Shown piece after piece: positions 1 through 13,032 of a DNA stretch of 64,000 nt; position 1 is the first letter of the stretch; each line of letters opens with the position of its first letter. The stretch is from Vicugna vicugna. Taxonomy: Eukaryota. The translations under genes were made by a program, and so were the position numbers. The notes under the pieces are model-generated. The model ran no database searches and was not told where the DNA came from. It was given only the letters and a program-made list of their open reading frames with translations. The stretch lies in contig MU058844.1 in assembly GCA_013265495.1 (NCBI GenBank), positions 11,306,184-11,370,183 on the forward strand, given 5' to 3'.

Positions 1-3000
1 CGTCATGGGAGTCCTGGAAGGAGAAGAGAAAGACAACGGGGCAGAAAGTTTATTTAAAGAAATAATGGCTGAAAACTTCCCAAATCTGGGAAGGGAAATG
101 GACATTCAGATTCATGAAAACCAAAGAACTCCAAAAATGTTGAATCTAAAGAGTTCTACACTAAGACATAATATAACTAACTTGCTGAAATCAAAGACAA
201 ATAGAGAATTGGAAAGCAGTGAAAGAAAAGTGATTCAAGGGTATCCCATAAGATTATTAAGTGCAATTTTAAGCAGAAAGCTTGCAGGCCAGGAAAGGTT
301 GGGATAAAATGCTTAATGTGCTGAAGGAAAAATAAAGTGCCAATGAAGAATACTACATCCAGCATAACCATCTTTGAAAAATAAAGAAGAAAATCTTTCC
401 CAGAAAAGCAAAAACTGAAGAAGTTCTTCACCACTGCACCTGCTGTACAAGACATTCTAAAGGTAGTTCTTCAAGTTGAAATGAAAGGACACTAGACAGC
501 AACACAAAAGTAGATTAAAGTATGAATTCATTAGTAAAGATAAATACATAGACAAACAGAGAAACATGCAATAGTGTACTGGTATTACATAAATCACTTT
601 TAATCCTAGTATAAAAGTTAAAAGACAAAGATATTAAAAATAACTACAATCACAAAAAATTATTTATGGATATACAATATAAAACAAAGTAAATTCTGAC
701 ATTAGTAACATTAAGTGTGGGCGAGAATAAATGTGTAAAGTTTTTCTATGCAACTGAACTTGTTATCAGCTTAAAATAAAATGTTATAATTATATGAAGT
801 TTTATACAAGCCTTATGATAACCGAGCACACACACACACAAACTATAGTAGATACAAAAAAGATAAATAGAAAAGAGCATATCAATACAAAAAATGCCAA
901 ATGAATCACAAAGGAAGACAGCAAGAGAGAAAAACAAAAGGCACAAAACAACAAAATGGCAATAGTAAGTCCTTATCTATCAATAATTTGTAAATAGATT
1001 AAACTCACCAATTAAAAGATTTAATGAGACTGATGGATTTTTTAAAATACAAGATTGAATTATATGCTCTATAAAAAGACCCTCTCTTCAGATTTAAGGA
1101 CACAAACAGGCTGAAATTGAAGGAATGGAAAAAATATTTCACGCAAATAATGGCCAAAAGAGAGCAGAGGTGGTTATACTTGTATCAGACAAAATAGATT
1201 TTTTAAGTCAAAAAACTGTCACAAGAGACGAAGTTGATAATTACATATTGATAAAAGGGTCAACTTAACCACCATATATAACAATTATAAATATATATAT
1301 ACACTCAATATCAGAACACCTAAATACAGAGCACCTAAAAAGCAAACAGATGTAAAAGCAGAAACAGAAACTGATACAGTAATAGAAGATTCCAATATAC
1401 CACTTCCATAACAGAGAGATCAACCACAAAGAAAACCAGTAAGAGAAAATGAAACTCAAACAACACTATATACCAACTAGACATAATAGACATTTAGATA
1501 ACATCCCAAATTAGCAGAATACACATTCTTTTCAAGTACACACAGAACATTCTCCAGGAGAGACCTCATGCTAGGTCACAAAAAAAGTCTTAACAAATTT
1601 AAGAAGACTAAAATTATTCTGGGTATCTTTTCTGACTATAATCATATGAAACTAAAAGTCAATTACAAAAAAAGGAAAAATTCATGAATACATGGAAGTT
1701 AAATACATTCTTGAACTATTAGGTCAAAGAGAAAGTCCAAAGGGCAGTTAGAAAATATCTCAAAACAAATACCAATACAAACACAACATACTAAAACTAA
1801 AGCATGATGCAGCAAAAACAGTACTAAGAAGGAAATTTATAATGATAAATGCCTACATTTAAAAAAGAAGGAAGATCTACAAGTAAACAACATGTACTTA
1901 TACCTCAAAAAAACTAGAAAAAGAACCCAAAGTCAACAGGAGGGAAATAATACAGATTAGAACTGAAATAAATCAAATGAGAACAGAAAAACAAGGAAAA
2001 AATTGAGAAAACTATGAGGTAGTTCTTGGAAAACATAAACAAAATTAACAAACCTTTAGCTAAAATAAGTAAGAAAAGAGGTAGAAGATAAAGAATACCA
2101 GAAATGGAAGAGGATATATTACAACTATTGCCACAAAAAATACAATAAGGGACTATTATGAACAATTATATTCCAAATGACCTAGAAGAAATGGATAAAT
2201 TTCTAGAAATATACAAACTAACAAATATAAATCAAGAAGATATAGAAAGCCTAAACAAATCAATAACCAATATGACCATTAAGGAGACTGAATCAGTAAT
2301 CAAAAAATTCTCAAAAACCAAACCACCTGGACCAGATGGCATGACAGATGAATTCTACCAAACATTTAAAGAAGAATTAATACCAACCCCTCTTAAACTC
2401 CTTCAAAAAACAAGAGGGAAAACATTCAATCTTATTTCATGAGGCCAGTACCACTCTGATATCAAAAACCAGACAAAGCTAACACAAGAAAACTACAGAC
2501 CAGTATCTCTAATGAACATATATGTAAATATACTCAACAAAATATTAGCAAACTGAATTCAATAGCACATTAAAAGGATCATGCACAATAATCAAGTGGG
2601 ATTTATCCCTGGGATATAAGGATGGTTCACTGTCACCAATTAATCAGTGTAATACACCACATGTACAGAATGAAGAATAAAAGTCACTTACCATTTCAAT
2701 AGATACAGAAAAAATCGATTGACAAAATTCAACAACCTTTCATGATAAAAACTCTCAAATTTGGTATAGAAGGAACTAACTTCAACACAATTAAGTCTAG
2801 CTATTATAAGCCCACAGTTAACATCATACCCAGTAGTCAGAAACAAAGATTTTTCTCTAAGATCTGTAACAAGGCAAGATGACCTCTCTTGCCACTTCTT
2901 TCAACACAGTACTGGAAGTCCAAGCTAAAGCAATTAGGCAAGAAAAAGAAATAAGAGGCCCCCAAATCAGAAAGTAAGATGATAACTATGTCTGTCTGTT

Positions 3001-3898
3001 TTAAGATTAAATAATTTCATATGTACAAAATCCCAAATACTCCAACAAAAAACTGTTAGAACTAATAAATACAGTCATAAAAGTCACAGTATACAAATCA
3101 GCATGCAAACTTAGTTTCATTTTTATATACTAACAATGAACTATCCAAAAAGAAAATTATGTAAACAATTCCATTTACAATATCATCAAAAAATAAAGTA
3201 CTCAGGAGTAAGTTTAATGAGGAGGTGAAAAGATTTGTACACTGAAAACTATTAAGCATTGATGGAAGAAAATAAAGCAGACACAAATAAATATACAGTC
3301 TGTGTTCATGGAATGGAAGAAATAATTTTATTAAAATGTTGATACTACTGAAAGAAATCTACAGACTCAGTGCAATCTCTATCAAGATCCCAATGGCATA
3401 TTTCTACACAAATGGATAAAAACAATCCTAAAATTCATACGAACTGCAAAAGATTATATATAGCCAAAGTAATTTTGAGTAAGAACAAAGTTGGAGGCAT
3501 CACATTTCCCAATTACCAAATATATTAACCAGGCTAAAGTGATCACTATAGTATGGTACTGGCATTAAAAAAAAAAAAAAGACATATAGACCAATGGAAT
3601 AGAATGGATAGCCCAGAAATAAACCCACGCATGTATCATCAGCTGACTTTTGACAAGAGTACCAAGAATATACAATGGGGAAGTAATTGTCTCTTCAATA
3701 AATGGTACTGGTAAGACTGGATATCCATATCCAAAAAAATTAAATCGGATACTTATTTACACAAAAATCAACTTTGATGGTTTAAAGACTTAAGAATAAG
3801 ACCTAAAACTGTAAGACTCCAAGAAGAAAATATAAAATAAAACCTTCTTGACCCTGGTATGGGCAGTGATTTCTTAGAAGTGACACGAAAAACACAGA
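1..3898 (+). mobile_element. Degenerate LINE-1 (older L1MA-like): ORF1 3' half, inter-ORF spacer, ORF2 endonuclease and RT regions; 3'-truncated
   Basis: ORF 5..307 (GVLEGEEKDNGAESLFKEIMAENFPNL) is L1 ORF1p. The ORF2 start ATGGCAATAGTAAGTCC is at 956. ORF 2158..2442 (LEEMDKFLE...PGPDGMTDEFYQTFKEELIP) is L1 ORF2p. There are many stops and frameshifts, and the RT FADD motif near 3000 is destroyed. Confidence 0.95.
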
Positions 3899-4424
3899 CT
3901 TCTTATCTCTTTCTGCTATGGCTCCATTGAACATATCATAAAACAACTTAAATTTCGTGGGGGGGAAAATCAAACAGATCACCATTAATTATAAGCCTTT
4001 ATTCATAAGGCCAGGGATTATTCTGGGGGGGGGGCAGAATTTTTGTAACTTTTTAGCAAGGTGCTCATCTGAAGTTCAGCTAGTTTCAGGAATAGGAGGT
4101 CAAAATTGGTTTTCACAAAAGGGAGAGATTGTTCTTGTGCCCTAATCACCATGGTTTTGGCAATCTGATTTATCAAGAAGGTGAAAGAAACAATTAGTAA
4201 GGTGAAGTTCAATAGGGGGTTGGGAGGAACAGCTGCAGGTAACAAGGGCATGCACGGGACAGAACAGAAAATCTTTCATTCTCCCAGGTCTCTTTCAATT
4301 TATGTATTATAACCCTGCTATGTACCAATATTCATTGCTTCCATTATGTTTGTTTTCAGTTATTTGTATTTATAAATGTTTACTATGATAGCAGACTTAT
4401 AATTTAGGCATAAATTTTTATTCC

Positions 4425-4795
4425 TTTTTTTGCTTTTTTTTTTATTAAAGTGTAGTCAGTTTACCATGTTGTGTCAATTTCTGGTACAGGATAATGCTTC
4501 AGTCATACATGAAGATACATGTATTTGTTTTCATATTCTTTTTCACCAAAAGTTACTACAAGGTACTGAATACAGTATGAACTTGTTGTTTATCTACTTT
4601 GTATATACATACATATTAGTTAGTATCTACAAATCTCAAACTCCCAATTTATCCCTTCCCACCCCTTTCTCCCCCTGGTAACCGTAAGTTTGTTTTCTAT
4701 GTCTGTGAGTCTGTTTCTGTTTTGTAAATAAGTTCGTCTTTTTTTTTTTTAGATTCCACATATAAGAGATATCATATGGTATTTTTCTGTTTCTT
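4425..4795 (-). mobile_element. 5'-truncated lineage-specific L1 3' end
   Basis: The reverse complement reads AAAAATACCATATGATATCTCTTATATGTGGAATCT...ACAGACTCACAGACATAG...GACACAACAT...AATAAA plus an A tail. It is homologous to the L1 3' UTR at 9460-9780. Confidence 0.9.
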
Positions 4796-4954
4796 ATTGA
4801 ATTTTACTTTATTAAATATTGTAATTAAATCAACACAATAATTATCTAAACATATTTTTAAATTATGCTGATGGAAATTTTTTTTTCTAGAACTAAATCC
4901 TTGTTCAATTGAGATGCACCTTATATACATCCTAAACACTGGAAAATGTAACAT

Positions 4955-5270
4955 GCAGCAATGCTAATTATACTTACCATGCTGTACATTATATCCCTAG
5001 TACTAATGTATCTTGTAACTGGAAGTCTGTAGTTTTTGACTGCCTTCATCCAATTCCCCTTCACCTCTATGGCCACCCTACCCATCCTCTGCCTCTGGTA
5101 ACACAAATCTGAACTCTCTCTCTTTTTTTTTTTTTTAGGAGTTTGTTTGTTTCTGAAGTATAACTGGCCAGCGCTATATTAGTTTCACAGTGCTTTGATA
5201 TTTCTATGCATTTCAAACTGATCACCACAGTAAGTCTAGTTATATGACGTCACCATACAAAAGTATTAGG
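4955..5270 (-). mobile_element. Laurasiatherian L1 3' UTR fragment (L1MA9-derived type)
   Basis: CATGCTGTACATTATATCCCTAGTACT...AACTGGAAGT and GATCACCACAGTAAGTCTAGTT are characteristic antisense L1 3' UTR motifs. Confidence 0.8.
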
Positions 5271-6944
5271 GAATATCTTTTAGAACACAGGAGTCTATTC
5301 ATCCTATTTGGCAAAAGGAAAAAAAAAAGATTTAAGGATAGACTATTTGATGGAGTGATGTCTCAGCAGATGTAGGAAGTAATGGGTGCAAGAACACAGA
5401 CTAAAGATGATGCAATCCATGTCAGATAAACTTATCCGCAGGAAAGCTGTTAAGTAAAACCGTTTGCTAAGAGTGAGAAAGCTGGAGAAGGGGACTGAAT
5501 CTTTGGGAAATTGAGGGAATGGAGATTAGCAACAGATGTGTTTAAGAGCCCTCTCGGGAGTCTCACGAGCTCAAGCTGCACGTTGACTGCCAGCTCCAGT
5601 TAAATGGGGAGCTGATTGAAGTAGACAGTAGGAACCTTTTCATAGTCTAGGAAAATGGTGTGCCAAGTAAATTAATAGAAACTGAGGCATGAAAACCTCA
5701 AACTTGTAAAACTGTGCTCAAATAGACATTGCAATAGGTGACTATTCTCATTTCAGCTGATTCTTAAGCTTTTTAAAACCTATGCAGAATCCCCAAGATG
5801 CTAAGAGATGTGGGTACAGGTTCTATTTTCCCCTGTTTCTGTCAGCAGTACATATATTTGAAGAGACATTTCTTCCATGCTTGATAGCTCCCACAAATCA
5901 CTATGCTGCTTTAATCTCCCACCAAAGACAAATACACACAAAAACAGAACACACACTGGTTTTTATTATGTCTTGGCTTTTGTTTGGTAAGTTTAAAAGG
6001 TGCTATCTTGTGAATTATAGCTTCAGTAAATGTACATCTATTCAGGACATTGTACTGAGGAATATTCTAAAAGCTGAGCCAATGATAGTATTTATGAATA
6101 TTGTTGATATTAGGATAAATAGAATTTTACTAAAATTATGAATAGCAGCATATTGGGGTATAAGTACACTAACAACAGAATGCAGAAATATGATTTAAAG
6201 TAATCACAGTTAATTCTGGAAGGAGTCATATAAAAATTCAACACATTTTCAGAAGGAATAACTATGACAATTCATACATTTTCATTTTCACTGCACCTCC
6301 CATAATGTTCTGAGACACAGAGCTCTTCTTGGGACACTAGGATGTGATGTAAGATTAGTAGACTTCCTCTGTGATACCAGCCTAGCTCATTATGACCCTA
6401 ACTGCTCAAAAATATGAAAGGGAAGCAACTAGAGAATCATGTTAATAGTGTGTAACCCTTGAATTACTACAACAGATATACAGAGACAAACTACCGTATT
6501 TCTAAAGGTCAACCAACTCTTGATTGTAATTCCTCTTCTTGAGGCTTGAGTACTTTCCTACCTTTGGGTTCATGAGGTGTCTCTGTCCTATACTTTCTTA
6601 TCATGAATTTCCTCTATTTTAATCGTGTTAAAGTTGACTTCTCATACTTGTCATCGAAAGTCCTCATCAATCTAGGGAGAGCTGAAAATCTAGAATAGTA
6701 GAACTTTTTAACTGATTTAAAGAGATGCCTTTCAGATAAGTCTCTCCATATTCATGTGCAATCAAATAAGGTAAATTATTGGATGTGCTGGATGTGGTAC
6801 CACATAGACAAAATGAATTAATGTTCTTTGATTAAATGGTAAGGTTAGTACAGTTCTACAAACACATGACTCTTCCATGAAAAGACTGTACTTCAGACTA
6901 CTGAAAGGTTTAGATTTTGACATCCTAAATGTACAAGCATAGAT

Positions 6945-6967
6945 ACACACACACACACACACACACA
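6945..6967. repeat. (AC)n microsatellite
   Basis: Perfect AC run of about 11 units. Confidence 0.95.
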
Positions 6968-7422
6968 ACCATTCTGGGTATATTAAATCTCTTCACACAG
7001 GAATATGAAAGGAATGGGTCACTGGAATGTTTTGAGGAGCAGATATGATTTCCTGATGATATGATCACCATTTATTGCTTCCACTGAATGTCAGATTGTA
7101 GAGACATGAGCTCAGCAGGTTTTAAACACCAAAACAGGCTTCAAATGAATTTCTTGACATTTCTCTCCTTGGAGGCCATTAGGAGGACTGACAAGTACTT
7201 ACTTTCAGAAGAGGTGTTCAAAGCTTATGAATAATCACCAAGTGCATACAGCAGAGTTGAGAAAATAGAAAAATGTTAAAAAAGATTAATTTTCTCACAA
7301 TTTCTTCAAGTTTTCATACCTTTCATCTATGAAGTTACTACTAGTATTACTTTACCATAAAAATTCAAAAAAGTTTAAAATAAGAATTTGACTACTGTTT
7401 GTATGACAATCTTTTTCTCATA

Positions 7423-7710
7423 TAATAATAATAATAATAATAAATGAATATAAGAAGTAGCATTTATCAAAAACTTAATATGTGCAAATCAGGCACTGTG
7501 CTGAGTACTTTCATTTTGCTTAATTTATATGATGTATTTACTTCTCACTCTTTGTATAATAAACACTTACCCTGTGACAGACAGATGTAGGAAGTAAGAC
7601 TTAGATTAAGTAACCCGTCCTCACTTAACTCAGAAATGACAGAGTTGGGCTGTGAAGCGAATTTCAGTCTGATCTAAAAGTTCACACTCTTCTAACTACT
7701 TTGCTGTACC
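7423..7710 (-). mobile_element. MIR SINE remnant preceded by (TAA)7
   Basis: TAA repeat at 7423-7443, then CATTTATC...CAGGCACTGTGCTGAGTACTTT...ACAGATGTAGGAAGTAAGACTTAGATTAAGTAAC, which resembles the MIR core. Confidence 0.7.
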
Positions 7711-9025
7711 ACCATTATTTGCACTTCAGAACTATGAGCAATCAGTATTCAGTTTGAAAAAAAAAAAAAAAAACACATACCACTTTTACCTCTATGTACA
7801 TCAAAGTCCCACAAACTTCTCCAAATTCAATGTAACTTAATGGAGTGGAACAAATCACTTTATCCATGTCATGTTCTATTCAGGCTCCATGTCATTGACT
7901 TTTGGTATGTGAGCTCTGTTTACTCTCTGCTTTTCTTACTGAAACTGCCTCTCATCTTTAGTTGTCAGGAGCAGTAAAAATTATCTCTCAGAGGCCATTC
8001 TATGAAAAAACAGTTGGAAGTTAAGATACAGGAAGATGTATTTAAGTCATATGCTTTTTCCATCTCTTCCCTTCTGCCTTCAAAGATAGAACCCAGCAGA
8101 CAGGGATTTTCACCATTTGAGAAAAATTCATTCTGACACAGTGTATCCCAAAAGAAATATCCTTCTAAGATATCCATTTTCCTTCTAAAGTGTTACTTTG
8201 AAATGCCAGCCCATAATTTCCAGACAGCATAAACCACTGTAAAAATCAAAGGAAATTTAGTGTTTTTTGCCTGAACAACACATTCAATGTGCAATTTTAG
8301 TGCTTCAGTTTGGGGTGTAGGGAGTTGGATATTCTGCTTATTTCTTCCCTGTAATTCAATATGGCATTTCTAATAACACAAATAAATAGTCTCTTTTTGG
8401 ATGGAGGGAGAAGACGTGGGGGTAGGTGACAGTGGTACCAGTGACAGAGACTATGTTGCAGTTAAGAACATTGTGCATAGTTCATGTAATTCCATTTTTA
8501 ATTTGCAAATGAGCCACAAAATTCCAAATGGGGTACTCAGACGGGAAAGATGAGAAATAATTCAAGATGTATTTTTTAATTCCTTAAGTATTCCATTTCA
8601 AATCTCTTAAATCTACATCAGTACCTACTTTATTGATACAGGTCCTATAAAATGCCTCCAATTAATCAACTGCTTTAATTGACCTTGACACTGATTTGAC
8701 ATCAGGCCTAAATTCTATTCCTCCTTAATGCCTAGAATAAAACTCTCATGCATTCACCCTACTCAGAGAGCTGGCAGGTTATTTTTCAATATCATATCAT
8801 GCAGCTTAGTGTTAAAGAATTCTTTCACTCAGAGAATGATTCTGTTTATCTAAACCACTGAAGAAAACTTTAAAGACTCAAATGTTTCAGATAAGAATAA
8901 TACAAATGGCAAACAACAAAATGATTTAATTATAGAAATTACTGAATTATTCCTTTCTTCTCCTTCCCCAAACAATCTAATAAACAAATAAACAAAGGCA
9001 AGCAATGTAAAAATATGAGGTGATG

Positions 9026-9826
9026 CTTCACACCAGTCAGAATGGCCATCATACAAAAGTCCACAAATGACAAATGCTGGAGAGGCTGTGGAGAAAAGGG
9101 AACCCTCCTACACTGCTGGTGGGAATGCAGTTTGGTGCAGCCACTGTGGAAAACAGTATGGAGATTCCTCAAAAGATTAGGAATAGACTTCCCATACGAC
9201 CCAGTCATCCCACTCCTGGGCATATATCCAGAAGGAACCCTACTTCAAAATGACACCTGCACCCCAATGTTCACAGCAGCATTATTTACAATAGCCAAGA
9301 TGGAAATAGCCTAAATGTCCATTGACAGATGACTGAATAAAGAAGTGGTATATTTATACAATGGAATACTACTCAGCCATAAAAACCGACAACATAACAC
9401 CATTTGCAGCAACATGGATGTTCCTGGAGAATGTCATTCTAAGTGAAGCCAGAAAGAGAAAGAAAAATACCATATGAGATCGCTCATATGTGGAATTTAA
9501 AAAAACAAAAACAAAAACAAAACAAAACATAAATACAAAACAGAAACAGACTCACAGACATAGAATACAAACTTGTGGTTGCCAAGGGGGTGGGGGGTGG
9601 GAATGGACAGACTGGGAGTTCGAAATTTGTAGATACTGAATCTTATGGTAGCTCACAGCAAAAAACAATGTGACAATGAATATATGTATGTTCATGTATA
9701 ACTGAAAAATTGTGCTCTACACTGGAATTTGACACAACATTGTAAAATGACTATAACTCAATTTTTTTAAATGTTAAAATAAACAAACAAACAAACAAAC
9801 AAACAAATAAATAAATAAATAAAATT
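9026..9826 (+). mobile_element. Young 5'-truncated L1 (ORF2 C-terminus, 3' UTR, A-rich tail) with 17-bp TSD
   Basis: ORF 9042..9314 ([33 protein letters not shown]) is the ORF2p cysteine-rich domain. The tail is (AAAC)n(AAAT)n. AAAAATATGAGGTGATG occurs at both 9009-9025 and 9827-9843. Confidence 0.97.
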
Positions 9827-11269
9827 AAAAATATGAGGTGATGGAGACTTGAAAATTCTGACTGAACAGGTAAAGACAACAGATAGTCTGGAGAAGAAAA
9901 AGACACTTGTCAATATGTGATAAAATCTGGTCCAGATACTGGGAAGAAAATGGTTACTCAGTTTAGACAAAGGCTCCAGTTTAAAGAGAAGCAACACACA
10001 GGGAACCCAAGAAACAGGGGAAGGTCTCACCCAGAAATGTAAAACTGGTGTCTTTTGTGCCACTGAGGGGAGGAAAAAAGATATGGCCAGGGCTGAGTGA
10101 TGGGTGAAAGGTCTTGCTAGGACAGTGTGACTGAGGACCAGAACTATCACTTCCACGAGGGAGACAATGAGGTTAATGACAGCAGGGGGAAGCAGCCTGT
10201 GGCCAACCTACATAAAGTCAGGCAGTTTGTGGAAACTCCCTCCTGGTGTCCGGCTCCCCTTTCAAGGAAGAAAGGCTTCTCTGCGAGGTACTGTTACCCT
10301 GGCCCTAAGTCAGTTGCAGTGGTAGTAACAGGACCTACTATTTCAAGCAGTACATGCATTCCTTGGAAACCATATAGATTCCCTGAATGGCATGTGAGTA
10401 ACTGAGAAAAGACACCAAGTGTCATTTTAACCACTTGAGAGCCAGAGATGATCAAGGACAGAAAAGAGAAGTTGTGAGATGCCCCAAGTCATCAGCATGC
10501 ATGCCCCTACTTTACATACATTGCTTCAAAGAAATGGGAGAAATCTTACAGGATCTAGGTTCAAAATAATCCTGTTATAATTTAGGTATGTACTCTTTAC
10601 CCACCTTAGCAGTCATGAGAGATTGTCGCATTACTGTGTTCTCCAGCACACACAGACAGAATCTAACATGCCCTAATGATTCACAGACTAAATGCTTAAG
10701 TCACCAATATATTGCACACAGAGAAGCCTATTCAACTCCTTTATGGTTCCCCAATCTCATTGCTGCATATATAGTTATTTTAAGTGGTTCATGGGTCATT
10801 TTAATCTAGCTTGGTCCTCTCTTGATGCAGTTGGTCAATCACACCCTAAGTAAAAAAAGATGGGTTATTTTCCAGGCTCCTCTAGGAGCCAAAAGGCCAA
10901 GGCATCTTTGTGGCCTGATGGTCAGATTTTCAGATGGATGCTCACTCCCAATATCTGGTGTTCAATGGAAAGACTATACCTGAACTTCTCTGAGCTTTCT
11001 GATCTAAAGACAGTCAACTCTCTCACTGTTAATGAAGGGGGTGGTATGGAGGCAAATGGTAAAGTTGAAAGTGGGAAAGCCTACTAATAAAATTTCCCAG
11101 TACTCTGGGGGTTGAATCACCTTTAAATCCACGGAGTTTCAGGGAAATGAGGTAGCAATGATTTCTCTATAATAGACAGAGAACTGGGCATGAATTGCAA
11201 CTTCTTGGGTGCAAGATGACTCTGGAACCCGACAGTTTTCTCTGTTACTCTCCAGGCATACCACAGAAA

Positions 11270-12560
11270 CAAGAAGCAGACTGAAGCAGGCTTTTCAACA
11301 GTAAGAACAGAAACTAGAAGAGAGTGGGACAGTGCTACATGATTCTAAATGAAAATAATTATTAATCTAGAATAAGGTACGAATGTATACTTTCCCCTGA
11401 AAAGGAGGTAAAATAAAGGTATTTCAGAAAAATAAAACCTTGGCATTAACCATTGATAAACCTTCAATAAAGGAACTTCTGGAAGAAAGCTGAACCAAAA
11501 AGGAAAAAGATGCAAAAAGTAATAGTGATCGAAGAAAATCATAAATGCGCAGGTGAATCTAAGCAAATGATAATTGCATAATATAATATCATTAATAATA
11601 ATTTAGGAGGTAAAAATCAAGATTGTTCTTGTGGAATCAGAATACTGGAAAACTATTCCATGAAAATTGAAAGAAAGTAATGGAAGTCAAAGTATATAAC
11701 ATTATTCAAAAGGAGCACAGAGATATTGATTAACTTTAGATTTTGTTAAATATGCATGTTAAATATTTAAGGGTGACTATTAAAGAAGAGAATCAAGATA
11801 TAACTTCTAAATCAGTACAGGAAAGCATATAATGTAAAAATATCTCAAACATTCCAAAAGAAGGAACTGTAATATTAAAAAAAGAAAAGGCAGAGTAAAT
11901 TGAAAGATAAACATGTTTATTAAAAATAAGTGCAAATATATTCATAATCAAAATGAGTATCAAGTAGTTCAATTTATCAGCTAAAAATATATATTTTCAG
12001 ATTCTGTTAAATTATCCTACCTATATTGTTTAAAGAGACATATATAAAACATAAGGACTCAGAAATATTAACAAATTTATGAAAATTTGGTATAGCTATA
12101 TTACTACCAAGCAAAATAGTATTAAAGTTATAAAAAGAGACACTGCTAAAGATAAAATGGGATGAGGCAATACAACAATTAGATAGTTATATTCGCCCGG
12201 AAGACATAATACAATATAATAATTCTAAATCACTTTGTACTTAATAATACAAACTAAAAAGGTCATAAAGCAAGAGGTGAAAGAATTAAAAAGAGAAATT
12301 AACAAAGCTAGGTAAAAATGAGGAAACTGTACATACTCGGATGCAGAAAAAATTTAAATCTCTTTCTTAGGAGTTAATAGATCAGCAGACTAAAGATTAT
12401 ACCAAGAGGAAAAAAACTTATGCCCATGTATCACACACACAGAGCAGCAGTCAAAAGTTGGAGAATAGATATGTTTAGGAACAAATGGAATGCTTTTGAT
12501 AATTAATCACATATTAAGCTACAAATTAAGGCTTAACCAACACAAAAACTCCCACATCAG
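11270..12560 (+). mobile_element. Ancient L1 (L1ME/L1M5-like) ORF1 end to ORF2 endonuclease remnant
   Basis: A-rich, with degenerate L1 motifs (AGAAACTAGAAGAGAGTGG; GGTATAGCTATATTACTACCAAGCAAAATAG; GGAAGACATAATAC). Confidence 0.65.
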
Positions 12561-13032
12561 GGAGTTATGAGTTTGTTGCTCACGCCAAGTATTTTTTATC
12601 GTAGTGGCCATGAAAGCATTAATGTGAAAGAACTCACAAGCACACTAGTGAGGGGAAAAATGGGAGTACCAATGGACACCCGCAGAATTGTGTCATTCAC
12701 ATAGAACATTCTATAGTAAAAATATAAAAACCTGTATTTGAAGTTTTTAAATTCAAGAGATGCCACCACTTGGAGGTAGTATACGGAGAATAGGAAGGGG
12801 CTTGGGAGACTCAGCTTTATTATAATATTTTATTCCTTAAAGCTAGTATTTACACAGGTACTTGTTATATCATTTTTATGCCTTTTTATATGCCTGGGAA
12901 TTTTATAATCCAAAATAAGCTAACAAATAAGTAACTGCCCTGTATATTTCTTACTGTGATAAAATACAATTTGTAACACTTTTTTTTGTAAAAAGATATA
13001 CTGTTTCAATTTCTCAAAAATAAAAAGAAAGT

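Noticed and set aside
4955..5270. Apparently permuted order of L1 3' UTR blocks
   Set aside because: To my knowledge some laurasiatherian L1 subfamilies carry a tandemly duplicated 3' UTR segment, which would explain the order without a new rearrangement.
6143..6160. TAGCAGCA..TATTGG resembling the miR-15/16 family
   Set aside because: Only the seed matches, the spacing differs, and no complementary hairpin arm is visible.
8939..9314. Overlapping ORFs on both strands (94 aa and 90 aa)
   Set aside because: These are the L1 ORF2 C-terminus and its antisense shadow, not host genes.
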